Assembly (NCBI GenBank): GCA_973895155.1
Contig: OZ316895.1
Coordinates: 7,428,184-7,492,183 of the forward strand
Source of the DNA: Marsupella aquatica
Taxonomy: Eukaryota > Plantae > Marchantiophyta
DNA length: 64,000 bases
Direction of reading: 5' to 3'
The notes under the pieces: model-generated
What the model was told of the DNA's origin: nothing
The model's database searches: none
What the model saw: only the letters and a program-made list of their open reading frames with translations
In this document: positions 37,271 through 50,769 of the stretch, one piece after another
How the letters are laid out: each line of letters opens with the position of its first letter
How positions within the stretch are numbered: position 1 is the first letter of the stretch
Position numbers and translations under genes: made by a program

Positions 37271-39285
37271 TCTGAGGCTTGTTAGAATCTGAGGCTTGTT
37301 AGAATCCCTTTCTCGATTAAGAGATATCACAATCTCGTCACCGTCACAAACTTAGCCGCTGCAAACTGATTTCTTTGATTACGTCGCCATCCCTTGCTCA
37401 CAATGCTTGCTTCCCGGCTTGAATTGTTTGCATCCCTCTAGTCTTCAACTGAAGCTCACTCTGAACACAAGTTGACGCCAAATGCAACCTCTATGTCAAA
37501 GAAACAATTGTTGGTCTCCCCCTCACACCATAGCTTTCTTAAATAAAAAAACTATAAATCGTTCATATGAAGTGATGGCTCATTTGTTTTGTGTGTTCTT
37601 CCCACCGAATCGACAAACGCTCTTTTGCAAACAGCCAAGTATTGTCCTCAAGTCTATCTTGTGGCGGTAATGCTCAATGTAACTGACAAACGATCAATCA
37701 TGAATGACAGAAACACGATTTCTCCAATGTGTAAGCAAAAACCGTCAAAAAACTCAATTCCTCCATGTATATTCAACCTTCCTCTGTCTTTTGAGTGTTT
37801 TCTTTTGTACGAGCACACACCAAGACAATCGAGAGACTCAAAATCGTCCATTACTGCCTTGCTGAAAATTGATTTCACTTCATCACACACACATTCCTTG
37901 GATGAACATGGGGGTCCACGGATTAATTCTATCCTATTACTTCAAGTGAATGGGGCAATCATGTTTCCAATTGTAATGTGGGGTCTATTTAGACCTTCTT
38001 ATCAGACCCACCTACCCATGATAGCCACATGTCAACTCACAATCAATTTCCAATGACATGATTAGAATCATTTTATGGATGTTATTGCATGAGTCTAGGT
38101 GTGGGTGGAAGTGCATCCGCACCACAAGCTAGGATGTGGTATAGATGGAAGAATCAAAAGTGTCTCTTTTCACTTAAAGACCAAGTAATCGATCCCTTTA
38201 AGAACATAATTGGAATGAATTGAATGTTTTTATCATTTTGAGAACTTTAGAGCCTCTTGCTCTCTATTTCTCTTACTCTTAACATAAATAAACAAATCTA
38301 CCAAAACACCAGTACAAAACTTTTGAGTTATAGATGAAGGTAAACTTAGATTGAGATGATTTAATTATTATTTTAATATTGTCACTCCTTCAGAAAAGAT
38401 TCTGGTCTTATTATATATAAAATGGTAATTTCCAACCACTCTCCAATCATCCTAAAGTAAGACTTTTGCTCACCAAACCCAAAATAACTTTCTGGTTACA
38501 AATGCAGAGATAAGCCTTATGATGCCGTCAACATGATTTGATTAAGTGTGATACACAACTTAAGTCAAATTCTAAGGTTTATTGCAGTGCATAGTAACAA
38601 TACTAATTCCCTTGAAAATGGAATTTTGCTTATCACAATTACAACATTCATCCTCGAATTGGCTAGCGAATCTCGTCATAGCGAGCAAGCCTAGCAGTGA
38701 ACTCGATGTGAATTTCAAAAGTTAATCATTAAACTCAATCACTACACAAGAGTCTTGAATTTAATCACTCTTCAAAATCAAAATTTTACTTCCATACAAG
38801 ACCTTGACTCTCAATGACTTGTTACAATGGAAGGAGTAACAATTAATCAACAACCTCTATTGTTTAATAATGTTTTTGGTCCCTAGGCAAGAAATGACAC
38901 TAAAAGACTTTATAGGTTTAGGGTCCTAACATAATGGTGGTAAGTAAGGTTATACCCTTTTGAGTCTAATTAAGATAGATATAATATTACTCTAATAGTA
39001 GATTCTTACAAAAACTAAGTTTGGGGACGGAAATGACTAAGTGTCATTAGACTTTTCTGACAGAAAATAATATTTGATCATCCTTGTCTATTTTTAATTC
39101 CTAATCCGTAACACCCAAAATGCTGATTTTAACACAGTGGCAGGTACTACCTTTAGTCTACAAGCATGCAAAATCTCAAACTTTTTTGAGTGGTCTAAGT
39201 ACTTCAAAGAAATCGGACAAAAATGTTATTGGATGAAAATGTAGTCTAATCCTAAACTTTTCTAAGTGTCGGGAAGAAAAAGGTG

Positions 39286-39450
39286 GACGCTTTGCAAAGC
39301 GTCAGGATTTGAATGGACGCTTCATGAAGCGTCGGTGTCTTACATTTGTTGGGGATGCAGATGCTTTCAAAAGCGTCAAGGTCTTCGTCATCGTCAGGGG
39401 TGGACGCTTCATGAGGCGTCCTGAAACTGTTAGACGCTTTCAAAAGCGTC
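39286..39450. repeat. Array of five 18-bp palindromes GACGCTT-N4-AAGCGTC with unique spacers
   Basis: Units at 39286, 39316, 39360, 39403 and 39433; spacers 12, 26, 25 and 12 bp. Confidence 0.9.
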
Positions 39451-42400
39451 GACATAAAGTAACAAATTAAGTTTTGGTACCTTAGAAAATTCATAACTCC
39501 TTAACGGCTGGTCCGATGAAGCTTAAACTTTGCCAAGGTGATCTCCTATATCTATTCCATGTGGTACCAAGATTTCAGACATTTCCAATATCCTTATCAA
39601 TTAAAATAAAATAGGAGAAGTTTCAACTTCTTAATCTGGATTAACACTTAGAATCGGTGCAGAAACTAGTTTTCTTCACAAAGAGATTGCAAAAATCCAA
39701 GAATAAGCTTGAGTTGAGTGAATCGAAAAAAGTATCCATCAACATAGGACATCCTCATTATTCTTACTTTCACCACATGTCATGGACAGAACAATTAAAG
39801 CTTTATAGTTTTTAAGTACTTTGTCAGTAAAGATGTTCTAATTGACAATACTGCCATTGTTTTTTCGGTATTTATAAAAATGTCATGATTTTGTATATGG
39901 ATGACAATTTTACCAAGGTAACCAGGGGAACTATGTACAAATCCGTGACAAAAAAATAGTGAAAATATTATAAATTCAAACATCTTTAGTGACAATGTAC
40001 TTAAAAGCTGTTAAGCTTTAAATCCAAGGGTTATAATGAGTTCCCTCAAAAAATGTATTTTGTAAATAGACAATGACTAAAAAGGAAGAGAGTGTATATT
40101 ATAATGAGTAGATGTTTATGAGGAAGAGGTTGGGGATGAGGTTTAGGGCCGCTTGTTCACATCTAAAAACCCCACTCAGAAACAAAAAACGCAAAATGAA
40201 AACTTTGTGGAGGGATGGAAATGTTTGAGTTATTCTTTGAAAATATGAGGAGAAGCCCAGAGCAAGATTTTACATCATTGCTTTAAGTTAACAATACAAT
40301 GCAAAATCTAGAGATAGAACTCAACATTTCCAGCTGCTAAAATACAGAGTTGACCTTGGGGCGTGGCCAAGTGGATCACATGGGTTTCTAAGATTCCACT
40401 ATTGAGAAATGTCAAGTGATGTGTGCTGCATCAAACAGGTAGTCGTTTGTCTGGCCGTTGAGTACAGTTGTTTTTGGGAAGCAAATAATCCTGCGACTAC
40501 AGTTTCACTGGGGTTTCACCCAACACTGCAAGAGCAAATTTAAATATAGTAATGACTCTTTTTCTTAACACATCTGGGCAGATCTGAAAAGTAGTTTTGA
40601 TCTCACACTAGCCCAACCATCCTCTTAACACCTCTAGGCATGTAATTTTGTTCAGCAGTTAGTGACCCACCCTCCTCTTAACACATCTAGGCATGTAATT
40701 TGTTCAGCTGCTAGTAACCCACCCTCGGTCACAGGCCATATATGACCAACACTTTGAGGGAACAAGAAATCTCAAACCAGGAGACAGGATCCCCAAAGGC
40801 AGGAGAGCCAAGAAAAGTGGACTTGGACCACAAATCATAGTATAGACATATATAAAAACTAGGCAAGAAATTTGTAACAGGAGAAGAAAAACACAAATGA
40901 AAAACAGTATTGAGAGACAAAGGTCAATCCCCATCATTTTGTTCTTAGTTCCCCTGGGCCTTCTTAAAGTGTAAAAGGGGTTTCCAACGAGGATCATAAA
41001 GTGTGATTGTGAAGAAGACCAGGTTTCTTTGAATTGTGCTTACCGTAATCATCCCTCCTCAAGCAAGCAAGCCAACAAGATTCAGTCTGCGTCCAGATTT
41101 GACTTCTTCATCAAAACCTTTTGCAGTCTTGCACATTGCTTTGGAACAGTCCATTGCAACCCTGAAAGAAACCTCTACAGTACTTGCTTAACAGTGAAAA
41201 TCCCAAATCCTAGACGAGAGACAGAGCAGAACAGGTCAAAGCTCCAGAGGAAAGAGCAAAAAGGATTTCCTTTCTTCGCACAAGAAAAGAGAGGAAAGAT
41301 GGAAACAAAGGATTTCATTTTCATTTCATTCCCCTCTGTTGGTCTCCAGATGAACTTCGAAGGAACAGTGATACACGTTCCTCTGGATCCGAACTCACTG
41401 TACATGTCGATACTAAAACAATGACCAATGAGTTTTAAATCTTCGAACTTTGAACCCCAATTTGGACTGCCCCCAAAACTTGCACTTCCATTTCTAGGAA
41501 GGGTACCGTAGTGAAGTGAACTGGAACTCTGGAGGGGAATTGTCGCCAGCGACCTACGGTCCAGTACGCCAGTGATCGTGTCCAATCTGATCTTTGGAAG
41601 CAGGAGAACGCAGAAGGAGTCAGTCAGGAATCTGCCTCTGTACTTTCTCTTTCTCGCGGAGGACAGCCAGGACAGGAGCAAGGAAAGAGGAGGCTCGGAG
41701 CCAGCAGCAGTAGCAGTACCAGCAGCACCACATTTTTTCCTGTCTGGGCGTTTGCAGGCAATGACTAGTGTCTTGTTACACAATTAAGCGGATCTTTTCT
41801 GAAACGCTTACGAGGAGGACGCTGGTATCACTATGATTTGGAATGAGTGCCCTTGTCATCGTGATGCAGCACCACTAAACTCATGACGGAAGAGCTTGAC
41901 ATTGCGAGGACGGAGGGAGTCCAGTAGCTTGCTCTGGCACTTCTTTCTCTGCCTGCGCTACAAGTGAACCGAACTGAGCTGGGTTGGATGGAGCCTTGGA
42001 TTGGACATTGATTTACGGAGTGAATGAGCCAGGCAAGTGTGAATATCTGTCAGCGGGCGGCTTCAGAAGTGAGGAGCATTTTTGTGTCTGAGCTGTGGAT
42101 TTGGAGCTGACGCTCACAAAGGTTCTTCTCTCTCTGATGAACTGTAGGCCGGCATTGTACTGTACTGGGAGTGGTCCTCGTCTATCCAAACCCAATTGCT
42201 GTAGCCCACTTTGCGGCAATCGCTCTTGTCAGTCACGTATAGCAGGTCCCGTTCTAGTGCTGTAGACTTGGCTCTGAGTTGGAGTTGATTTTCAAGTCCC
42301 CTCCTGTAACTGTGCGTCTTGCTTGTCATGGTTTTCTTTCCAAATGCCGGTATTGGGCGAGTTTATTTCAGAACCAATGTTCTCTTCCTGAGGCCAACTA

Positions 42401-42501
42401 GCGTGCGTTCGTTACGCAGGAAGGGAAGGGAGAGTCTTCATTATCAGCTGTGAGGGTGACGCTGTATTACCACGTCTCACGTAGCCAGCAGGAGGAGCAA
42501 A

Positions 42502-45500
42502 ATGACGGACTGGCAGCTGAAAGGCTGTTGTGATCACTCGCAAGTAGCATTTGTCGCCACTGTGGGTGCATTTATTTTTGTTATACTTATTGTAAGTGAG
42601 CGCTCTAACCCCAAATAGATCTTGTTCTCGCACCTCGCGTGTGTTTGAGGAACCATTCTGCTTGTCTTACGGATTGAAAGACATAATTGTGAAATTATAG
42701 CATGTGTTTCGCAGATAGCAATAAAGTAACGGTAATTCTTGGAAAGACCTGTGCAACGCTGTTTCGATAAGGCAGATGGATAATTAGCGGATCTAAGTGG
42801 GGTTGTGATTCGCATTCGCATTTGCATCTGAGCTTTGGGATCGGGTCTTTTTTGAAATGCTCTTGTGAGATAGTTTGCTCCCGAGGAACTTACGGCCTGT
42901 TCGCAGTCGGAGTGTGGATGAACGAGGATTCAATTGTAACGTCATTGATGTCGGCAGAAGACATGTAGCAGCAGGAATGAAAGGGCATGGCACAATAGAG
43001 GGGACGGGGGGCGGCAAAATCAACAATGACCCATCCAAAAACTAACGCGCACACAGAGCAATATAACTCGCTCTCTCAACCATTTCTGTTATGGACATCT
43101 AGTCTGGAATTCCAAACCGTGCATTATGGTCAGAAATATCTTGAGACAGGAAATATTGAGGGGTTGTGGTAAAAGGTGGAGGAATATCTTCTCACTCCTG
43201 TTAGGGTGCGGCAGGAAGAAATGAGGCCAATTCCAGAGGGAAAAAGGCCAGAGTTGAAGATGTATGTACAAGTCTTCCTATGGAGTCGAGGAACTAACGC
43301 ACTCATATCGTGATGCAGCTGTGGAGAACGCCTGTTCTCATTCCTTTCAAACTTATTACTGTTTACCTTCATGAAGTCAGCCACGCTCTTGCTGCCAAGT
43401 GCACCTGTGGCAAAGTAAGTGCTCCATTGCAAGGCTCAGTCTCCTAATCGCTTATTGTCATGACAGCTGTGGGGGGGGTATCCCTTGAGAGCTCCCCGCG
43501 TCCATCGAAGGAGTTCTCACTAGAATCCTCTTTCTTCAGTGGAGAGAGTTCTCTTGCAGTTCTTTTAATTGAGGCTGCTTACTTGTTCACTGTCAATTTT
43601 ACTCTTTTCACGTATAAACCTAGATCTTGTGCTATTGTTTATATTACATTTCATCGTCTGCTTTGTACTCCGTTGTCCCCACCAACTATTGGGGATCTGT
43701 TCATATTAGTTCATATCAGCACGTCTGATGAGCATTGACTGTGGCAGGTTGAAGGCATTGAAGTGAATCTGAATGAAGGTGGTGTGACGCACACCCGAGG
43801 GGGAGCGACATGGGTCATTTTGCCTGCTGGCTGTAAGAACACCCACCCCCTGCTGCCCCAAATATTTGTCACAGAATGTTATGCCTTACATTTAATAATG
43901 GTTTGGAAGGGAGCACTCATCACTAGTAAGCAATCGCTGAGGAGGCTTTTGAACCATAGGCAAGATCTAGTTCAGAAGCTGTCATTCAATTACAAATGCA
44001 ATGCCGGAGGAAACACTTCCATAAAGCTGATCGTTCGTTTCTGGTTTCTTGGATGGTTTACAGATCTGGGGTCTTCATTCTGGGGCATGATTTTGATCAT
44101 AATGTCACCCAACAAAATCTCGTGTTTTATCGCTGCTGGAGTCCTAGTGGCATCTCTGATCGTTGTCCTATTTCTTGCCAAAAATGTAAGGCTTTATCTA
44201 CTTTATGATAAGCATAAATGTTTCTTTTCTTGCCAGAATGTGATGGTGACTTTTCCACTGCCGTCTGGAGCTGGAAGCGACAGCTCCTCACTCCAGTTTC
44301 ATATGATTTTTATTGTTTTTGTTCTGTTTCCGCATGTTCGAGGGAAAGTGAAAGTGATGGACTGACACGGAAGTTTCCTTTATGCCTAGAATCATTGTAA
44401 ACATACAATTCGTGGTTGACATCTAACTGAAGCCTCTGTTGGAATTATCGTCATGGCGGTCCGGTCTGTTACAGTGGACTTTGCGATGGCTTTGTGTTGG
44501 TAAGTTCCGAGCGGTACCTCCTCACGAGATTTATAATTTTCTCAACCCTGTAACGAGAGCAACAAATCTTGTCTCAGACAGTTAAGGTCTCTAGAGTGCC
44601 TGCAAGGCCACGGCAGGTGTAGTTAAAACTAGATCAGTCCTGATGCTGGAAACCACAGCAATCATATTGTTTGTTGAAAGTTCATTGATCAGTGCACCTC
44701 GCTAGAACATCACACACTGACTGTAGAGATCATCCAAGTTAGTATTGACTCTTTTTCAATATCCATATTACTGACAACGCAAAGCCGAGTACCGATTGAT
44801 TAGTTTTGTAAAATGTTATCTTTGTTTCATTTATACGCTAAAGCAAAAATTGTTAAGAACGTTATTTACATTTGCAGGGTTTATCATCTTCCTCGCTCTA
44901 GTTTGGGTGGTTCAAGCTCTAACTGTTGTCAAACTTCTACGATACACGATATTATTCATTGGTAATATATCTGTCAATCTCTTCATTCTTATTTCAGAAC
45001 TGTTAAGCAGGCATTAGTATTTAGCACTGGCATACTTGCAGGTGTTGGCCTGAACCTTCTGATCACAAGCTCCATGGCTGCTTTATTTTGACGGAGCGTT
45101 ACGTGTTTAGCTATATAGAGTTTGCTTCAATTGCTATACGGTTAGTAGCCTCCGACAAACCTTCATGATTTGCTAATACAGCAACTGAGGTCATTCTGTT
45201 GCTCATTGTAAACGCATTGGGGACATTTATCTAAAGCCGAGTGCTGTGCGTTGGGTACTTGCTAAACACCACTGTGAAACAAATTGACCGTGTCCTTTCA
45301 TTTGCAGGTACGATGAATTGTATGTTCTCGGTTTATGGTATGTTCTATCATACTGCCCACTACATCCGTGTGATCTTTCTGATTCTCCAGTTTTATGTTA
45401 CTTATGTCACTTCTGAATCGACTACCTTGGTCACTCTGTAAAGCCACAGGCTTAATGACTAGGGATGAGTACCTCAACTGCGTATCGAGGTAACTGACGG

Positions 45501-45905
45501 TGATATACGTGGGATGGTTATTCAGATATTTACGATGATCTGATTTCAAGGAGAGTTCACTCGAGCGATTCTGAGAAGTTTGCTCAACTTTATCCGTTTT
45601 GCCCCTGTAATGGTCTTGCGTGGGGAATAATCTGGTACGCACTGGATACTGTCCACTTTTACATTACAAGTATTTCTATAGGGGAGTGAGAATGGTAGTT
45701 CTTTGTTAAAATACGTTGAGGTGCTGCAGGGTTTAGGGTTTCTCTTGCATTTCTTGGCACTTGACTGTCTTAATTATGTCATCATCATCAAAGTCCATTT
45801 CTCAGCTCGACTGACTTCGGTAGCTGTCTTTCTTTGTGCAGGGGTTTCATTTCATTCGTCTTTCTTTGTGGGGCAGTTTATCTCGGTCTCGTTATCTTAT
45901 CCTGA
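42502..45905 (+). CDS. Peptidase M50B-like intramembrane zinc metalloprotease, 9 exons, 234 aa
   Basis: GT-AG exons in consistent phase: 42502-42591, 43319-43414, 43748-43832, 44064-44185, 44475-44499, 44878-44961, 45308-45337, 45526-45634, 45842-45905 (705 nt). Protein: MTDWQLKGCCDHSQVAFVATVGAFIFVILILWRTPVLIPFKLITVYLHEVSHALAAKCTCGKVEGIEVNLNEGGVTHTRGGATWVILPAGYLGSSFWG...FSVYDIYDDLISRRVHSSDSEKFA...GFISFVFLCGAVYLGLVILS. Has HExxH (HEVSH), PAGYLGS and SSD motifs. Confidence 0.93.
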
Positions 45906-47201
45906 TTGAATTCTTTTTCTCCTTGTTTAAGCTGGGGAATTGATTCGGTGATGAAAACACAGCATTAAAAATGGATTTAGATAACCACCTTTTTTGAATT
46001 GTTCGCCAGGAAGGGAGTTGATGTACGATTGGCAAAATTCACTTGTCCATTCGTTGTAATTTTAGATCATTTTTGGGTGTTATTTAAACCTCTTGGATCT
46101 CGACCGATGGAGCCTTGATATTTGTGGAGGTCAATCACGCCTGCTGGGTTTACCTGCACATCAACCCATCTTAACTCACCATGGAATCTTTGCACATCAC
46201 CCGTACGGGCTCTTTGGGCCTACTACTGAATCTCCAATCAACGGTGCAGAAAATGGAATTACGTATTCTCGAATCTGCTGATCATTGTCGACAAAATAAC
46301 CAGAGCGGAGTGGCTCCATCCCAGACGCTTTTACGTCTCACCATTTTCCCTCCCCTACATTGATGTGTCTATTTGGATACCCCTGGGAAAAGTCCAGACG
46401 TGCGGATGCTATTTTTAATTCTTTCTTTGCAACTGCAGCTTACAGCTACAATGTTGTGTAAGATATTTTGAGTGTTCTGTGTCGTTTAGATTACAACTTC
46501 GAAGTAGTTTCGGGCACTAAGCGAAAGTTTCATTACATCATCTTAGCTGAATTCACAGCCGCACGAGCTTAATGGTCGAAAAGGCCGCCTACATTCTCTT
46601 AGTTGAATTCACAGCCGCGCGAGCTGCTTAATGAGAAGGCCGCAGGACGATATTCCACTAACAGCCGGCAGAGCTTTCGGTATGGTGAAGCAGTTGTTGG
46701 CATGTGTCGCATACAGCCAATCACAGCCAATCTCTTCTGGCATGTGTCGCACACAGCCAATCTCTTCTCGCAGTTTATCTCACGTGCAAATGAAAACGCG
46801 TTTTTGTTACAGGGCCAAACCCATCTCTTACAGCGACGACATTGACATTGGGCACTTGTATATTATGCTTGTTTTCGACATCAAATTTCAACATCCAAGC
46901 AAACATAGTGGAGCACGATGGCCATCTTGTAAACTCATTGTTTAACACGTTCTTCATACATGAAGTCTGTCAGACAACTCGTACTAAAGATCCATTATAA
47001 CGGATATAGTTTAATCCATCAACACAATCTGGAGATCAGATTGAAACTCTTTCGTCACTGCGGAGCAATATACATCACCTGAATGGGTTTCGACCGACAT
47101 CGCGGGACCTATGAGACTCCTCAATTGAGCTTAGGTTAGAGATCCGGGACCAAGCCCTTCCCAAGTCCCAACAAAGGCAGGAGGAACGCTCAAACGCACG
47201 C

Positions 47202-48767
47202 TTATCTGTGCTTTTGAGGGAGCCTCAAAAGCTTCCGACAATAGTCCATGATGGACTTCTTTTTCTTCGGAGGTTTACTTTCTCCGCACCTACAAGCTTG
47301 ACAATTACTAGCGTCGTCCTCAGGAAAGCCGAGGCAGACAATGCCTATGCCACCCTTGCCACAGGTCTCGCACTGCATCGGCATTACATGCCTCCCTCCA
47401 GAATTCACTGAGTATGCCCGCGGCATCTTTGTGTAGTTGGAAGCATTCTCTCGGAGCGAGAACGCTCGCACAAATTGGTGATGGCGTCCAGAGGTTGCTT
47501 TGGGGCAGTCCTTTACCTCCTCTACTCCGTAAATTGTGTAAGCCTTTCCAGCAGAGATGTTCTCTTTCTCGCGCTCGACGAAGCCCGGCTGCTCGTAGTT
47601 GTAGCGAAGCGGTTGCTTGTTTGAGGAACTGTGCTGCTTCTCTCGTGAGACTTTCTTGCAAGGCGCAACAGCAGACTCCCTAAACTTCTCCCGAAGCTTC
47701 TGCGTTTCCACCTCGTGATTCTCTGTCAAAGAAAAGCTCACGCGATGCTTCGTTCTGACCGACACAGGAGTGCTTTTGGACGCCGCATGGTCTCTCCAAT
47801 TCTCAGTGGACATCTCAGACCGCTGTCCTCTCGTCGAGCTACTTCTCTGAAGTCCTGCTGCTTCTCTTGCGGAACTGCTTCTCTGAAAAATTGGACCTCT
47901 CTCCTGAGCGAAGGAACCACCACAATCAGAAGCGTCTGATCTGGGAGGCATTACGGAGGGGAGAGACCTCTGTTCCGGCCCTGGGATAGGAGCATTGAGC
48001 CGACCCTCTTGTTGTGACGACTCTTTCGAGAATCTCTGGAAATTATGCCGAATATCGGCACACGATGAATGGAGAGTGCAGGACTGTGTCTCCTGAAGTT
48101 GAGAATGTTGAGGTTGTGTGCCTACCTGGGACGAGAATGGTTCCTGAGACTTATGAAGATCTAGTGCTGGCTCTCGGTCTCGGTAAGAGGTTCCTCGCCG
48201 CATGGACGAGGGTGTGTTTGAATTAATGCTCACAGAGTTATCAAGAACGCTCGCTGAATTGTCCCTAAGATAGGATTCGCATCCCATAGTCCGCCTTCTA
48301 CTGCTCCTTTCTTCGATATTTCGTCCGACCCACACTCCCCTCCTCCCCCCTCCTTGCTGCCGCTGCTCCTGAAGAGAAGCACCAGTCGCAGCAGCAGTAG
48401 AGCTGTGGGAACAGATGGCTACAACGGTTGGCTGCGTGGTAGGATCAGGATGAGCGACATTGGGGTTCCCGTTCTCAAGATTCTGCAGCTTCTCCTGCAG
48501 CTCCTGCTCATGCTGTTGAGCAAAGCCATTGTTGTCAGGATACCCCTTCGAATGTGGCAGCTGGCCGAAAATCTCAGTGGCGAGCTCAGTCGATGGAACT
48601 GTGTAAAGGTGACCTCGAATGCTCTTCTGCTGATGGGCACGTTCGGCTTCAGCTGCATGACGTCCTTGTCGTGCATTATCTCCGTCGGTGAATTTATCGA
48701 AGACTTCGAATAGCTCGGAATCATCCATTTCGAATCCCAGCTCCCTCAGGCGTGCATAGCGAGCCAT
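47202..48767 (-). CDS. Uncharacterised intronless ~521-aa disordered protein with C-terminal CxxC-x19-CxxC motif and basic tail
   Basis: 1.57-kb open frame. First in-frame ATG is at 48767 (MARYARLRELGF); the track start at 48788 is a GTG. Q/S/R/E-rich low complexity, ending CETC...CQACRC..KPPKKKKSIMDYCRKLLRL. No family recognised. Confidence 0.75.
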   Translation of the reverse strand: MARYARLRELGFEMDDSELFEVFDKFTDGDNARQGRHAAEAERAHQQKSIRGHLYTVPSTELATEIFGQLPHSKGYPDNNGFAQQHEQELQEKLQNLENGNPNVAHPDPTTQPTVVAICSHSSTAAATGASLQEQRQQGGGRRGVWVGRNIEERSSRRRTMGCESYLRDNSASVLDNSVSINSNTPSSMRRGTSYRDREPALDLHKSQEPFSSQVGTQPQHSQLQETQSCTLHSSCADIRHNFQRFSKESSQQEGRLNAPIPGPEQRSLPSVMPPRSDASDCGGSFAQERGPIFQRSSSAREAAGLQRSSSTRGQRSEMSTENWRDHAASKSTPVSVRTKHRVSFSLTENHEVETQKLREKFRESAVAPCKKVSREKQHSSSNKQPLRYNYEQPGFVEREKENISAGKAYTIYGVEEVKDCPKATSGRHHQFVRAFSLRENASNYTKMPRAYSVNSGGRHVMPMQCETCGKGGIGIVCLGFPEDDASNCQACRCGESKPPKKKKSIMDYCRKLLRLPQKHR

Positions 48768-50769
48768 AATCAGGCGTCCCTTTGGCACGTCTCACGTCGG
48801 ACACCACAGACGAGTGGTATTTGCGGACGTTACTCAGGTGCTGTGGCGAGCTTGCCAGGTCAATTCAAGCGAGGGAGTGGCACGGAGACTAGAGATTGTA
48901 CGTGGGAGTACCGAACTGGGCGGGAAATCTACCACAGCAGCAGCTGGCGAACTTGTTGGTCGACTACCAACATGCTTACTAGTCTGGCGAGATCGATGGA
49001 CAACCTGTTAGAAGCAGTGGCATCCACGGTACTGAAAGCAGAGCTCAGAGACCGCCTGCAGTATGATGTAGGGCTAACTGTCTGAAATTACACGCTCGAG
49101 AAGGCACTGTATAACGAACGTACACGCCAGGGACGAGACGAGACGAGACGAGACGAGAAACTCGTGTTTCGCTCGAGGCACATCGTCGAGCATCTCCATC
49201 GTTAGGGGCTACGGTTCCCCGATGACTTGCGAACGCCAGGATGAGATGGACAGCTCCATTGTCCCCATCTCACAACCTCAGTTGTGTGAATGAATTCAGA
49301 AGAATCAGAAGCTAATGCGCTCCACAGTATCAGACCTCTGGACCCAACCCCCGGAACAACAACTTCGGCTCCCCTCATCAGACGCTACTGTACTTCAGAA
49401 ACGTTTCAAGAACAACACGGAACGTTCTCTACTTATTGAGAGGATTTGTTGCTACAAAATGCGGCACGATTCCTGCAGACGTTACGAGTCGACGGAAGCG
49501 ATTAAATTACACGTTAATCCAAGCCTCACTTTGTAGGTATGCAAGTGTATGCAGTCAGTACCACGACTCTCGCCGTAGGGATGATCAGCCGAACGGATGT
49601 TTCATTACTCTAAGTCCTCCGCCCGCGAGTCCCGAGGGCATGAAATAGTTTATTAAGGGATCATTCTCCGGAATATGGCAAGGTTGTCAGCTTGTGTGAC
49701 TTGTGAGGTCGATGGCCCCCATTTCTCCGCACCTAAACGGCAACTAACTTGGCTGTTACACAGAAGTTCGCCACCAATAATGGATGATGACCAACTCTAG
49801 TGGCCCCACAGACTTGAGAGTTGAGATGTTCCGTCCTCCCGACTTCTCTCTCTTTCCACCGGCTCAACATCAATCCCTCAGCTACCACACCGTCTGAGGA
49901 AATTGAATGATCCTAACTTGGCTCGGCGGCCTAGAAGCTTACTAGCTTTGCTACTAATGTTATACTCATTCGAGCTAGAGGCTGTGGCTGCTAATCGACG
50001 GGACGATGGCCGCCTAGGGAGGAGATGGATGGATCAAGGACAAATGGGCCCAGCAAAGCAGCAAATTCGATCGCTACTCTCCAGCATACTACGGAATTCC
50101 CGAAGACACAATGCATGGGAATTTGGGACACTGGAGTACTGTAGAACGATCTTTTTTCCTTGGAAATCCAAATTTCTAAACTGGGGACAGCATAATATAG
50201 AGGAGAGGAGAAAGATCTTCTTTGACTATTTTGAATCATCAATTCAATAGCTCGAGTTCTCGACCTCCACTACTCCGAGTCTCCAACAATGACAGCCTCG
50301 GATCCTCCCCTCCAATAGTCCAATTCGACCCCACCGCCGTCTCTGTGGTCTATAGCGGCTCGATCTATGCATCTAGGTTCTCACGTACGCTGCTGGCGAA
50401 GACTAATTTGTCGAGACAATTGTACTGTAATGCTTCCTCTTCCCTTCACACGAGTGGGGGATTCATGATCATCCGTTTCTTCACTCCTCTAGTCCTCTCA
50501 TGATTGATTCATTCGTCATCACTGTCTGGTCCGCGCACGGTCGTTACTGAAGAAGAGAAATGGCGGTGGTGGTGGGATCCGATCATCCACCATCCCGCCT
50601 CTCTCGGGAGGCGATTCATTCCTTCCCACCTTGGTCGTTACTGAAGAGCTGAAATAGCGGAGGTAGATCACCATCCCCTCGATCTCAAATTCTCAACAGC
50701 AATTTCTACCTCGATCACTGCGTCCTTCCTTGCCTCACGGAGGAAGTGACTGAAGATTTTGAAGCTTTC

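Noticed and set aside
39286-39450. CRISPR array interpretation of the palindrome array
   Set aside because: Eukaryotic context, no cas genes, 18-bp repeats and 12-26-bp variable spacers do not fit CRISPR.
41175-41783. 202-aa minus-strand ORF and neighbouring ORFs
   Set aside because: Non-ATG start and no recognisable domain; the region looks like the promoter or 5' leader of the M50B gene.
43763-44365. 200-aa ORF as a standalone gene
   Set aside because: It is exons 3-4 of the M50B gene read through an intron.
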